Source: an uncultured Gemmatimonadales bacterium (GTDB taxonomy: Bacteria > Gemmatimonadota > Gemmatimonadetes > Longimicrobiales > RSA9). Taken from it: a stretch of 64,000 nt of DNA. Location: the NCBI GenBank assembly GCA_963741945.1, contig CAVUKA010000003.1, positions 512,001 through 576,000 of the forward strand, read 5' to 3'. This document shows, piece after piece, positions 20,843-30,972 of the stretch (positions within the stretch are counted from its first letter, which is position 1; each line of letters begins with the position of its first letter). The translations under genes and the position numbers were made by a program. The notes beneath the pieces were generated by a model. That model worked only from the letters and a program-made list of their open reading frames with translations, did not search any database and was not told where the DNA came from.

Positions 20843-20956
20843 CTAGGAACTCGGGTGGTTTTCATACCAGCTGGCCTCTATCTTGATGCGCTTTCCGGGG
20901 CACCGGGCGCCACCGCCCGGCCCTGAGACGAGAAGAAAGCGCGACGGCCCCACGCT

Positions 20957-23704
20957 GTGAGCAACGAAAAGAAGAGCCTGGCTTTCGATTCCTACAATGC
21001 GGGATACGCGCAGGCCCTCTACGAGGACTACGTGCGCGACCCGTCGTCCGTGGATGCGCGCTGGGGCGCCATCTTCGGGATGGACCCCGGCCGCACGGGC
21101 CTCATTCCCGTATCAAACGGGGGCGGGGCACCGTCGCGGGCGCAGTTGCGTGCCGCCATGGCGGCCGCGGGGCTGGTGGACGCCTACCGCCTGCACGGTC
21201 ACAAGGCCGCGCAGCTGGATCCCCTCGGCAGCGCGCCGCCCGGGCATCCCATGCTCGCACCGGAGTTCCACGGCATCCGGGCGGACGAGCTGGACGCGAT
21301 CCCCGCCTCGCTTCTGGGGCTTGGCGACCCGGGCGTCAGCATGCAGACGGTGCTCGGCTGGCTGCGCCGGACGTACACGGCCACGATCGGCTACGAGTAC
21401 GAGCACCTGGAGGACCCGACGCGGCGGGAGTGGCTGCGGCGGCGGATCGAGTCGGGCGAGCACCGGGAGCCTCTGAGCCGGGAAGAGCGGCTGCGGCTCC
21501 TGCGTCGCCTTACGGAAGTGGAGTCGCTCGAGCAGTTCCTGCACCGTGCATACCTGGGGCAGAAGCGGTTCAGTGTGGAGGGGAACGACATGCTCATCCC
21601 CATGCTGGACGTGTCCATCGAGCTGGCCGCGGCCGATGGCGCGCGGGAGGTGGTGCTGGGGATGGCGCACCGGGGGCGGCTGAACGTGCTGGCCCACGTC
21701 ATCGGCCGGCCATACGAGAAGATCCTCGGCGAGTTCGAAGGGCAGCAGCTGGGGAGCGGCACGGGCGACGTGAAGTACCACGTGGGAGCGGATGGCTCCT
21801 ACCGCACCCGCGAAGGGCAGGAGCTGCCCGTGACCATGGCTCCGAACCCCAGTCACCTGGAGTTCGTGAACCCGGTGGTGGAAGGGATGGCCCGGGCCAA
21901 GCAGACGGACCGGAGCGGGAGGCGAATCGCCCAGGATGTGGCGCGCGCACTCCCGATCCTCATGCACGGCGATGCGGCGTTCGCCGGTCAGGGGATCGTG
22001 GCCGAGACGCTCAACCTGGCCCGTCTCGCCGGGTACGAGACGGGCGGCACGCTCCACATCATCGTGAACAACCAGATCGGCTTCACCACCGAGCCGCAGG
22101 AAGACCGGTCCACCAGCTACGCCAGCGACCTGGCCCGCGGCTTCGACATCCCGGTCTTCCACGTCAACGCGGACCACCCGGAAGCCTGCCTCGCCGTGGT
22201 CCGGCTCGCCATGGAGTACCGCGCGCGGTTCCAGGCGGACGTGCTGATCGACCTGGTGGGGTACCGCCGCTACGGCCACAACGAGGGCGACGAGCCGGCG
22301 TACACGCAGCCGCTCATGTACGCGAAAGTGGCCGAGCAACCGACTGTGCTGAAGCAGTGGGGGGACCGTCTCGTGGAGGAGGGAACGCTCGACCCGGACG
22401 AGCGGGAGCGGATCTGGGACGAGGCGTACGAGAAGCTGACCCGCATCCAGGCCGAGGTGAAGGAGCAGGCCGCGAAAGCGAAGGGGCAGTCAGCCACGCC
22501 GCCCGTGGAGCCCGCCACACTGGAAGCCCCCGTGGACACGGCCGTGGACCGCGAGCAGCTCCTGGCCTACGACCGGCAGCTGCACGGGTGGCCCGATGAC
22601 TTCCATCCCAACCCGAAGCTGGAGCGCCAGCTGCAGCGCCGTGCCCGCGCGCTGCCGGACAACGGCGGTGTGGACTGGGCCCACGCGGAATCCCTTGCGT
22701 TCGCATCGCTCCTCGCCGAAGGCACGCCGATCCGCCTTTCGGGGCAGGACTCGGTGCGGGGCACGTTCAGCCAGCGCCACCTGACGCTCCGGGACGTGGA
22801 GAACGGGAGCGGGTACACGCCGCTCGCGGAGCTGACCGAGGCGCGGGCGCCGTTCGAGGTCTACAACAGCCCGCTCTCCGAGGCCGGCGTGCTCGGCTTC
22901 GAATACGGCTACAGCACGGCCACGCCCGCATCGCTCATCCTGTGGGAAGCCCAGTTCGGCGACTTCGTCAACAGCGCCGAGGTGATCGTCGATCAGTTCA
23001 TCGTGGCGGGTCGCGCCAAGTGGGGGCAGGAGAGCCGCCTCGTCCTGCTGCTGCCGCACGGGTACGAAGGACAGGGGCCCGAGCACTCCAGCGCGCGCAT
23101 GGAGCGGTTCCTCCAGCTGGCCGCCGAAGACAACATCCGGGTGGCCAACTGCACCACGCCCGCCCAGTACTTCCACCTGCTGCGGCGGCAGGCGCGTCTC
23201 AGCGAGCTGCGGCCTCTGGTGGTGTTCACGCCCAAGAGCCTGCTCCGCCACCCGCGTGCGGTGTCCAGCCCGGACGAGCTGAGCCAGGGCCGGTTCAACC
23301 TGGTCCTGGACGACACCGAGGCGCGCGAGCGCGAGGCCGACATCCGGCGCATCGTCCTCTGCAGCGGCAAGGTCTTCTACGATCTCACCGGGAGCGAGCA
23401 GCGAAAGGAGAGCGGCGACGTGGCCGTGGTCCGGGTCGAGCAGCTCTACCCCTGCCCCGAGGACGCCCTCGTCGAAATCCTGGATTCATACCCGAACGCG
23501 CGCGAGCTCGTGTGGACGCAGGAGGAGCCCGCCAACATGGGCGCGTGGACCTACATGCGCCCGTGGCTGCAGCGCCTCGCGGGCGACCGCTTCGATGTCG
23601 CCTACGCGGGTCGCCCCGCGCGCGCCAGCCCGGCCGAGGGGTACAAGAAGGCCCACGACGCCCAGCAATCCCGCATCGTCCGCGAAGCGTTCGCGTCGTC
23701 GTGA
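20957..23704 (+). CDS. sucA: 2-oxoglutarate dehydrogenase E1
   Basis: GQKRFSVEG, GMAHRGRLN, GDVKYH, NPSHLE, HGDAAFAGQG, WEAQFGDF, LPHGYEGQGPEHSSAR. Confidence 0.97.
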   Translation: MSNEKKSLAFDSYNAGYAQALYEDYVRDPSSVDARWGAIFGMDPGRTGLIPVSNGGGAPSRAQLRAAMAAAGLVDAYRLHGHKAAQLDPLGSAPPGHPMLAPEFHGIRADELDAIPASLLGLGDPGVSMQTVLGWLRRTYTATIGYEYEHLEDPTRREWLRRRIESGEHREPLSREERLRLLRRLTEVESLEQFLHRAYLGQKRFSVEGNDMLIPMLDVSIELAAADGAREVVLGMAHRGRLNVLAHVIGRPYEKILGEFEGQQLGSGTGDVKYHVGADGSYRTREGQELPVTMAPNPSHLEFVNPVVEGMARAKQTDRSGRRIAQDVARALPILMHGDAAFAGQGIVAETLNLARLAGYETGGTLHIIVNNQIGFTTEPQEDRSTSYASDLARGFDIPVFHVNADHPEACLAVVRLAMEYRARFQADVLIDLVGYRRYGHNEGDEPAYTQPLMYAKVAEQPTVLKQWGDRLVEEGTLDPDERERIWDEAYEKLTRIQAEVKEQAAKAKGQSATPPVEPATLEAPVDTAVDREQLLAYDRQLHGWPDDFHPNPKLERQLQRRARALPDNGGVDWAHAESLAFASLLAEGTPIRLSGQDSVRGTFSQRHLTLRDVENGSGYTPLAELTEARAPFEVYNSPLSEAGVLGFEYGYSTATPASLILWEAQFGDFVNSAEVIVDQFIVAGRAKWGQESRLVLLLPHGYEGQGPEHSSARMERFLQLAAEDNIRVANCTTPAQYFHLLRRQARLSELRPLVVFTPKSLLRHPRAVSSPDELSQGRFNLVLDDTEAREREADIRRIVLCSGKVFYDLTGSEQRKESGDVAVVRVEQLYPCPEDALVEILDSYPNARELVWTQEEPANMGAWTYMRPWLQRLAGDRFDVAYAGRPARASPAEGYKKAHDAQQSRIVREAFASS

Positions 23705-23714
23705 GGCCGACCCC

Positions 23715-24482
23715 TCACGCGGCCACGCGGAGATCGGACATCCTGGACCGGAGCCGCCCGAGCGCGCGGCTCCGGAGCTGGGAGACCCGGGACTCGCTCA
23801 CACCCAGCCGCCGCCCCACCTCACGGAGCGTCCAGCCTTCGAGGTCGTAGAGGCGGACGACCAGCCGGTCCCGCTCCTCCAGCCCCTCCAGCTCCCTCAG
23901 CAGCCGCTGCACTTCCGCCTGCCGCGTCAGCCGCTCCTCGAGATCGTCTTCATCGGCGCCACCGCGGAGGACCACGTCCACCAACGGCCTCTCCCCGCTC
24001 GCCCCGGCTTCCACCTGGCTGAGCGACACCGTGCGACTCCGCACCGCGTCCCACTTCCACCGCCACAGCGTCTTCACGTCCACGCCAAGCACCCGCGCCA
24101 GCTCCGGGTGCGCCGGGCTCCGGTCCAGGTCCACCGTCAGCCGGCCCTGTGCCTTACGCATGCGGCGCTGATTCCGCCGCACCGAGCGCGGAACCGTGTC
24201 GCGCCGCCGCATCTCGTCCAGCATCGCCCCGCGGATCCGCGTGGCCGCGAACGTGCTGAACCGGAATCCGCGATCCGGGTCGTATCCGGCCACAGCTTCC
24301 ATCAGACCGAGTACGCCCGCGCTCACCAGCTCGCCCGCCTCCATCTCTCCACTCGCCTGCGGCAGCATCCGGCCGGCGAAATGGTGCACCAGCGGCAGGT
24401 GTCGCTCCACCAGCCGGTTCCGCGCTTCCACATCTCCGTCGCTACGGAACCGGACCCAGTCCTGTCGCTCGCTCGACGTCAT
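23715..24482 (-). CDS. FliA/WhiG-family (sigma28-like) RNA polymerase sigma factor
   Basis: LVSAGVLGL, FSTFAATRIRGAMLDEMRRRD.VPRSVR, region 4 TLREVGRRLGVSESRVSQL. Confidence 0.9.
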   Translation of the reverse strand: MTSSERQDWVRFRSDGDVEARNRLVERHLPLVHHFAGRMLPQASGEMEAGELVSAGVLGLMEAVAGYDPDRGFRFSTFAATRIRGAMLDEMRRRDTVPRSVRRNQRRMRKAQGRLTVDLDRSPAHPELARVLGVDVKTLWRWKWDAVRSRTVSLSQVEAGASGERPLVDVVLRGGADEDDLEERLTRQAEVQRLLRELEGLEERDRLVVRLYDLEGWTLREVGRRLGVSESRVSQLRSRALGRLRSRMSDLRVAA

Positions 24483-24531
24483 CGTCCGTCACCTTCGTGG
24501 GGGGGAGACCCGTGAACCGCACTTCATCGAG

Positions 24532-24705
24532 GCAACGGTCGTACCGGCGGGCCGGCGGCGAGCATGGGGCTGTGTAAGGTGTTGTGCTGCAGCGACGTAG
24601 GCGCCTTTCGACCGAAGAGCGCACCGGCCGTCCACCGGCGCGGCAGGGCGGCAAACATTGCCGGGCGGGGAACAAATGACCGGTTCCGCGCGGAAATGTA
24701 TTCCG
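24532..24705 (-). promoter_or_regulatory. Putative sigma54 promoter with IHF-like site and upstream activator palindromes
   Basis: Minus strand CGGTAC-GACCG-TTGC at 24546-24532 (GG-N10-GC). IHF-like CAAnnnnTTA at 24575-24587. Palindromes CGGCAAacaTTGCCG (24649-24663) and CGGAAatgtaTTCCG (24691-24705). Confidence 0.6.
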
Positions 24706-24830
24706 GCCGACCCGGGGATCCGGCGAGGGGGGCTGAACCCGCGGCGGGGAGCCGGGTATCACGACCCGGTTGCCCGCGGGGACGGGCGGCTGAATGTTGA
24801 CTGGAAGGAAGAACCCGCGCCCGGAGAGCG

Positions 24831-25394
24831 ATGGAGCACCTCGTCGTCGTCCCGCATCCGACCCCGATCGAGCTGGAGGCGCGCTCGATCCGCCACAACG
24901 CCGTGCCGGAAGGCGCGGTGGGCCTGGGCTATTACTACGGCGGTCGCCTGATCGCGCGCAGCGTGGTGGCTGCGGGCGCGCTGGAGGCCATCCAGGCGCT
25001 GCTGTCGTCGCCGGTATCGGTGGCGCTGGCGGCGAGGGAGGATGAGGAGGGGAACATCGACGGCCGGATCTGCCTGGTGCTGCCGGTGGAGCCGGACGAG
25101 GACATGGGGTTCGGGGAGGGGGAGGAAGAGGAGGACGCGGAGCCGTGGCGCGCGAGTGTTCCGCCGCCGCCTTCGGAGGTCGAGGGGGGATACGAAGGAG
25201 GGGGAGCGGAGGACGAGGACGGGGAGCCTCAATACGCGCTGCTGCCCATCGGCAACGTGATCCGGCCGGCGGCGGACCGGCACCACCCGCGGGAGGTTGC
25301 GGGCGACGTGCGGGAGATGCTGGACAACCTGCTTGCGGGGGGCGGCCAGGACTCCGTCAAGAAGGCGATCGACGACCTGCTGCGGAGCATCTGA
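24831..25394 (+). CDS. Hypothetical acidic protein
   Basis: GGAG RBS, GC3-biased codons, fills an intergenic gap; no recognised family. Confidence 0.75.
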   Translation: MEHLVVVPHPTPIELEARSIRHNAVPEGAVGLGYYYGGRLIARSVVAAGALEAIQALLSSPVSVALAAREDEEGNIDGRICLVLPVEPDEDMGFGEGEEEEDAEPWRASVPPPPSEVEGGYEGGGAEDEDGEPQYALLPIGNVIRPAADRHHPREVAGDVREMLDNLLAGGGQDSVKKAIDDLLRSI

Positions 25395-25399
25395 GGCGA

Positions 25400-27364
25400 T
25401 CAGCCAGCGAAGATGTCGGCCACCCGGTGCAGGTAATCCTTCATCTGGAACGGCTTGCGGATGAAGCGGTCGGGACGGCGCTGGGCGAGCGAGGCGATCT
25501 CGGGGTCCCCGACGTCGCCAGTGACGAAGAGGAAGCGGTCGGCGAGAGCCGGCCGCTCTTTTTCGATCCAGTCATAGAGGTCGAGGCCGCTTCCGCCGGG
25601 CATTTTGACGTCGGAGATGACGAGATCGACGTCCTGCTCCTGGAGGATGGCGCGGGCGTCGCGGGCGCAGGAGGCAAGGAGCACGTCGGCGTTGAGGCGC
25701 GCGAGGAGGCGCCGCTGCAGATCCCGGAGCGAAGACTCGTCTTCGACCACCAGCACGCGGGGTCGATGGTCGGGGAGCGCGAGGGCAGGCTCCTGCTCCG
25801 AACCCGCCGCGGCCCCGGGCTCCACCCCGGCCGGGAGCGTGATGGTCAGCTCCGCCCCTATGTCCGTGTTGCGGGCGGTCACCGACCCTCCGAGCTCCGA
25901 GAGGAACCGGTGCACGATGGAGAGTCCGAGGCCCGTGCCCTCCCCCACGGGCTTGGTGGTGAAGAACGGCTCGAACGCCCTGTCCGGATACGGGATGCCC
26001 GGCCCCTCGTCCTGGAACTCGATCACCACCCGGCCGCCCCGGGTCGACCGGCGGATCGCCAGGGTCCCGCCGCCCTGCAGCTTCATGGCGTCGAAGGCGT
26101 TGTTCACGATGTTCAGGAACACCTGCTGAAGCCGCTGCGGATCAGCCCGCACGTAGAGTCCGTTCTCCCCCTCCATGCGGATGTCCAGGCCGGCCTGAGA
26201 GAACGCGTAGCTCCGGATCCCGGTGACCAGCCGGAGCGCGGCGTCGATGCTCACGGGGCGGGACTCGGAGTCCGTCCGGCGGACGAAGGCCAGGAGGTTC
26301 TGGACGAGCTCCCGTGCACGGCGCGCCTCGCCGACGATCGGGTCGAGGAACTCGAAGCGGACCTCGTCGGTCGCCACGGTGTCCGTTTCCTGGAGGCGCG
26401 CCTCGAGGAGCTCGCCGAAGCCGAGAACGCTCGCGAGGGGGTTGTTCAGCTCGTGGGCGAGCCCGGCCATCATCCGGCCCATGGCGCTGAGCTTCTCCGT
26501 CTGGACCAGCTCTGCCTGCGTCTCCTGCAGGCGCGCGAGCGCCTCGGCGAGCTCCTCGTTCTGCCGCTCGAGATCCGCTTTCGTGGTGGCGACCTGCTCG
26601 GCCATCCGGTTGAAGCTCTGCGCGACAGTGGCGAGCTCGCCGTGGTGGGGCATGGCGACGCGGGCGCCTAGGTCGCCGGCGCCGAGGCGCGCGGCCGCGG
26701 TGGACAGCTCGGCCAGCGGCGCGGCGATCCGGCGGTAGACGTAATGCGCGGCGGCGAGCGTGACGGCGAAGAGGAAGAGCAGGACCGCCCCGGCGCTGTG
26801 GAAGAGGATGTCCATGGCGCGCGCCTGGTGCGAGGCGAGGCGCTGCAGATCCGCCTCACGCATCTGTCGGAACCGGGTCACGGCCGCCTGGAGCGCCACC
26901 GAATGGGAAAGCGCCGTCTCCGTGGCGCGCTCGGCTTCCGCCCGGTCGCCGAGACGCACGAGCTGGAAGGCCTCGGCGGCGGCCACTTCCATGGACTGGT
27001 GCTGCTCCTTGATGGTCTCGAGCTGTAGCCGCTCGTCGGGAGACAGGTCCCGGAAGAGGTAGCGTCGGATCTCACGGTACGCGTTCTCGCCCGCGGTCTC
27101 GAAGTCCCGGGCGAGCCGCTCCTCCCTCAGCACCGGAAAGACGGCGGCCGCCAGCATCTGGCGATTGACGGCGCCGACCAGCGCGTCGGCGATGCGCTGT
27201 TCTTCCAGGTAGCCGGCCGTCGCTCGCCGGAGATCGGCCTGCATGCGGGCATTGAAGTGGATCCCCAGCATCGCCGCAGTGGCGACGGCCGCGAGGTACC
27301 CACCCGCCAGGAAGACCAGGTTCCAGCGCAGGGACCTTCGCCGGCGGGTGGATTCGGGGCTCAT
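25400..27364 (-). CDS. Membrane hybrid histidine kinase (periplasmic helical sensor, HAMP, HisKA/HATPase, receiver)
   Basis: Two TM segments, HAMP, AHELNNPL, FEPFFTTKPVGEGTGLGL, receiver VLVVED...ISDVKMP...KPF. Confidence 0.92.
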   Translation of the reverse strand: MSPESTRRRRSLRWNLVFLAGGYLAAVATAAMLGIHFNARMQADLRRATAGYLEEQRIADALVGAVNRQMLAAAVFPVLREERLARDFETAGENAYREIRRYLFRDLSPDERLQLETIKEQHQSMEVAAAEAFQLVRLGDRAEAERATETALSHSVALQAAVTRFRQMREADLQRLASHQARAMDILFHSAGAVLLFLFAVTLAAAHYVYRRIAAPLAELSTAAARLGAGDLGARVAMPHHGELATVAQSFNRMAEQVATTKADLERQNEELAEALARLQETQAELVQTEKLSAMGRMMAGLAHELNNPLASVLGFGELLEARLQETDTVATDEVRFEFLDPIVGEARRARELVQNLLAFVRRTDSESRPVSIDAALRLVTGIRSYAFSQAGLDIRMEGENGLYVRADPQRLQQVFLNIVNNAFDAMKLQGGGTLAIRRSTRGGRVVIEFQDEGPGIPYPDRAFEPFFTTKPVGEGTGLGLSIVHRFLSELGGSVTARNTDIGAELTITLPAGVEPGAAAGSEQEPALALPDHRPRVLVVEDESSLRDLQRRLLARLNADVLLASCARDARAILQEQDVDLVISDVKMPGGSGLDLYDWIEKERPALADRFLFVTGDVGDPEIASLAQRRPDRFIRKPFQMKDYLHRVADIFAG

Positions 27365-28449
27365 GGGCCGCGGGGCGCCGAAAGAAGGTAATCGCGCTCC
27401 ACGTCGCCATTCTCATCGAAGGCGATCGGGCCGGTGAGCCCCCGGAAGGGAGGCCGCTCCCGGCCGAGAGACATGAGGTAGCGCCGCAGCTGTGGTCCGG
27501 TGCGCGCCCCCGCAGCGGCGCCCGCCAACACGAGCGACATGGCGTCGTAGCTCAGCGCGTCGCCGCTCGTGGGCTCGTTGTGGAAGCGGCGGCGATACCG
27601 CTCGCGGAAGTCGCGCAGCTCCGGAGTGGCGTCGAGCCGCACGATTTCCGGGAAGACCACGTTGTCCCACAGCGCGGGATCGGGGGCGAGGTGCGCCGCC
27701 TCGGCCACGGCATCACTTCCGACCACCACGATCCCACCGAGCCCTCTTCGGATCTCGGGCAGGTAGCGGTTCAGGACATCCGCCCGCCCGAGCCAGAGCA
27801 GGAGGTCCGGCGACGCGTGCGTCAGCGTCCGGATGGAGCGGGCAATGGTCGCCGAATCCGCGCGCGCGTCCAGATGCGGGATTTCGACCACCTGCTCGAA
27901 AAGCGTCGTGTCGAGCGCCACCAGGAGGCCATCGCGGAGCCCCCGTCCGTAGTCGTCGTTGACGTAGAGGATCGCGATCCTGGCGCCGGCCGGGCGCATC
28001 CGGACCAGCTGGGCAGCCAGGAAGGCGCTCTGGCGCCGGTCCGGCGGCACGAGACGGAAACTGAACGGTCCGGCCTCCGAGTACACCTCCGCGGACGTGG
28101 TCGGCGCGATCTGGACCACGCGCTCAGCATTGTAGATCTGGGACGCGGCGAGGCTCGCGCCGCTGTTGGAGTGCCCGATCACCGCCATCATCCCGGGGAG
28201 CGCCGCGAACCGGCGCGCCGTCCCGATGGCGGGCGCGGGGCGGGACCCCTGGTCTGCCACGAAGAGCGTGTCGAACGGCGCCGGCTGGCTCGCATCCTGG
28301 AGCGCCAGCCGGGCGGCGTCGAGAAAGGCGCCGCTGCTGGAGACGCCCACGGCAGGCGGGGCGCTCCGCCCGCACCCGGGCACGAGGAGGATGGCCGAGA
28401 GAAGGGCCACTATGAGCGGCGCGGTTGAGCGACGGTTTCGCTGCTCCAT
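27361..28449 (-). CDS. Branched-chain amino acid (LivJ/K-type) substrate-binding lipoprotein
   Basis: Lipobox LVPGC, VIGHSNSGAS, FRLVPPD, NDDYGRGL, YDA, GLTGPIAFDENGD. Overlaps the kinase start by 4 nt. Confidence 0.85.
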   Translation of the reverse strand: MEQRNRRSTAPLIVALLSAILLVPGCGRSAPPAVGVSSSGAFLDAARLALQDASQPAPFDTLFVADQGSRPAPAIGTARRFAALPGMMAVIGHSNSGASLAASQIYNAERVVQIAPTTSAEVYSEAGPFSFRLVPPDRRQSAFLAAQLVRMRPAGARIAILYVNDDYGRGLRDGLLVALDTTLFEQVVEIPHLDARADSATIARSIRTLTHASPDLLLWLGRADVLNRYLPEIRRGLGGIVVVGSDAVAEAAHLAPDPALWDNVVFPEIVRLDATPELRDFRERYRRRFHNEPTSGDALSYDAMSLVLAGAAAGARTGPQLRRYLMSLGRERPPFRGLTGPIAFDENGDVERDYLLSAPRGP

Positions 28450-28570
28450 GACAGTGGCTTGAACGGGAAACGTTCCGAACACGCGAGCGCGCGCACCTGT
28501 TGACACAGGATCGGCCGGTCGCCGCCAGTCTTGAGGCGCGGCGTCCGGCCGACCGTGGCGAACCCACGTG

Positions 28571-29854
28571 CTACATGGCCTCGAGCGCCTGCTCGAGGTC
28601 GGCGATGATGTCCTCGGGGTGCTCCACACCCACGGAGATCCGGATCATGGCGGGCGTGATGCCGATCGCCGCCTGGTGGGCCGGCTCGACGTCGGCGTGG
28701 GTCATCGTGGCCGGGTGCTCGATGAGCGTCTCCGTCCCTCCCAGGCTGACCGCCAGCTTCGCGATCCGGAGCGCGTTCAGGACGCGAAACGCTTCCGCCT
28801 CACCGCCATCCACCTCGAAGGCGAAGGTCCCCCCCGGTGCGATGCATTGCCGCTGATAGACTGCGTGTTGCGGGTCATCGCGGTCCAGGAATCCGAGATA
28901 ATGGACGTGGCGGACCTTGGGGTGATCGGCCAGGAACTCGGCCACATAGCGGGCGTTCTTCATCTGACTGGTCATGCGCAGCTTGAGCGTCTCGAGGGAG
29001 CGCATGAGCAGCCACCCTGTCCACGGGTCGGCCATGGTGCCGAACATCGTGCGCATTCCCGCGACCTCCGCCACGCGGCCCTCATCACCCAGGACAGCCC
29101 CGGCAATGAGGTCGCTGTGCCCGCCCACGTACTTGGTCAGCGAGTAGATCACCAGGTCGGCCCCGTGCTCCAGCGGACGCTGCCAGAGCGGGCCGAGGAA
29201 CGTGTTGTCCACGACGACGACGGGGCGGCGGCCGTCGTCGTCGGCAGCGCTGGCGGCGAGCTCCGCGCAATGCTCGATGTCCACCAGCGCGTTCGTGGGG
29301 TTGGCCGGGGTTTCCACGAAGATCACCGCCACGCGACCTGCCTTCTTCGCCTCCTCGACGGCGCCCTCGAGCGCCCCTTCCGCGCCGGCCCGGAAGCCGA
29401 AGCGCTTGATGCCGAACTGGGGCAGGATCTTGAGCAGGAGGAACTCGGTACCGCCGTACACGGGCTCGCTGTGCACGATGCAGTCGCCCGGCCGGAGGAA
29501 CGTGAAGAACGTGGTGGCCAGCGCGGCCATGCCGCTGGAGAAGACCAGCGACCGCTCCGCGCCGTCCCAGAGCGCCAGCCGGTCCTCGAGGATCTCCAGG
29601 TCCGGGTTGTTGAGCCGCGAGTAGATCAGGCCCGGCTGCTCGGCCGGGTGCGGCTCCCGAAGCCCGTACGCCAGCTCGAAAAAGGCCTTCCCCTCCTCGG
29701 CGCTCTTGAAGACGAACGTGGAGGTCTGGAAGATCGGACACTTCACCGACCCCTCGGAGAGGTGGGGGTTGTAGCCGTACCCCATCATCAGCGTCTCGGG
29801 ACGCAGGTCGTGCCCGCCGATCCTGCGATGCTTCGTATCCTTCGATTCACTCAT
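28571..29854 (-). CDS. Cystathionine gamma-synthase / methionine gamma-lyase family PLP enzyme
   Basis: PIFQTSTF, YSRLNNP, FSSGMAA, ETPANPT, VDNTF, SLTKYVGGHSD, AVSLGGTETL. Confidence 0.93.
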   Translation of the reverse strand: MSESKDTKHRRIGGHDLRPETLMMGYGYNPHLSEGSVKCPIFQTSTFVFKSAEEGKAFFELAYGLREPHPAEQPGLIYSRLNNPDLEILEDRLALWDGAERSLVFSSGMAALATTFFTFLRPGDCIVHSEPVYGGTEFLLLKILPQFGIKRFGFRAGAEGALEGAVEEAKKAGRVAVIFVETPANPTNALVDIEHCAELAASAADDDGRRPVVVVDNTFLGPLWQRPLEHGADLVIYSLTKYVGGHSDLIAGAVLGDEGRVAEVAGMRTMFGTMADPWTGWLLMRSLETLKLRMTSQMKNARYVAEFLADHPKVRHVHYLGFLDRDDPQHAVYQRQCIAPGGTFAFEVDGGEAEAFRVLNALRIAKLAVSLGGTETLIEHPATMTHADVEPAHQAAIGITPAMIRISVGVEHPEDIIADLEQALEAM

Positions 29855-29950
29855 GGTCGACTCCGGTGACGTGGCTGGGCTTCGCCCGGATAGCGTAGCA
29901 TCATCCCGCCCTGCTTGCGAGCCGCGCGACGGCCGTCCAGCTTCGATGCC

Positions 29951-30886
29951 GTGAGCGATTCGAGAGAGGAAGCCCGGTTCCGCGAGATCCACCGCCGCGT
30001 CCACGCGGAGCACCCGCGCTGCCAGGCGGACGAATGGCTGTCGGAGCCGTGTCGAGTGCGGGACGGGACCGCGGCCGATCGGCCCATTTCCTGGTCGCGA
30101 CGCAACGGGCCGTGGAGGCGCGTGGACGTGCTGTGGGTTGGCGCGGCGCCGGGGAACGCCGGCGGGCGGGGCCACGGGAGCATGGGGGCCCACGCCACGC
30201 GCATTCCCTTCGGCGGCGACATCGCCGGCGGAAACCTCGACGTGCTCCTCTCCGCCGCCGGGCTCGACCGCAATCGCACGTTCATCGTCGCGGCGCTCAA
30301 CCAGCTGCCGGAACGTGGTGGTGGCGAGCCGCGCGTTGCCGAGCTGCGCGCCCCTGTCGGGGACTACGCGTCCAGCTTCCACGTGCTCCGGGACACGATC
30401 ATCGCGGCCGGGCCCAGGCTCCTCGTCGCCCTCGGCAACGTGGCCATCCGGAGCACCCTTGCCGCCGCGCGGCTGGCGGCGCGGCCCCGGCTCACGCTCC
30501 CGGGGCTCGTGAAGCCGGACGCGGCCGGGCTGGAGCGCGGGCGGGCCGCGCCTTGGCCTGACGACTTCCCGCCGGACGACGAATTCGAATGCACCTGGCG
30601 CGAGGCGTGGGGCGACGCTCCATATCCGCGGCTCCTCTGGCTCCTGCACCCGAGCGCCCAGAACATGAGCCCGTACGCGGGCACGGACACGGTCTTCCAC
30701 GGCCGCATGGTGGAGACGGTGAGGCAGCTGCGGACGGCAATGGAAGACGTGCTCGGCCGGCCGCCGCCGCAGCCGCGCCCATCCATCCCCTCCGGTCCCG
30801 GGATCTACGCGCTCCGTGAATGGCGGGACGCCGTGGGCGAGCGCCACGCCGAGCTGGACCGGCTCTGGCGCGACAAGGGCGTTTGA
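29951..30886 (+). CDS. Uracil-DNA glycosylase superfamily protein (divergent)
   Basis: VLWVGAAPG (motif A), IPFGGDIAG, LLVALGNVA, LLHPS (motif B). Start codon uncertain. Confidence 0.7.
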   Translation: MSDSREEARFREIHRRVHAEHPRCQADEWLSEPCRVRDGTAADRPISWSRRNGPWRRVDVLWVGAAPGNAGGRGHGSMGAHATRIPFGGDIAGGNLDVLLSAAGLDRNRTFIVAALNQLPERGGGEPRVAELRAPVGDYASSFHVLRDTIIAAGPRLLVALGNVAIRSTLAAARLAARPRLTLPGLVKPDAAGLERGRAAPWPDDFPPDDEFECTWREAWGDAPYPRLLWLLHPSAQNMSPYAGTDTVFHGRMVETVRQLRTAMEDVLGRPPPQPRPSIPSGPGIYALREWRDAVGERHAELDRLWRDKGV

Positions 30887-30972
30887 GGGCCGGAGAACAG
30901 ATCGGCGGTAACGCGTTCGGCGCGAAAGTCAAGCGGTTGATGGGCAGCGCCCGAGCGTTTACCGTTCGGGCC

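Noticed and set aside
20957-23704. sucA without adjacent sucB
   Set aside because: Split suc genes are common, and the protein looks like an ordinary E1 with no fused E2 domain.
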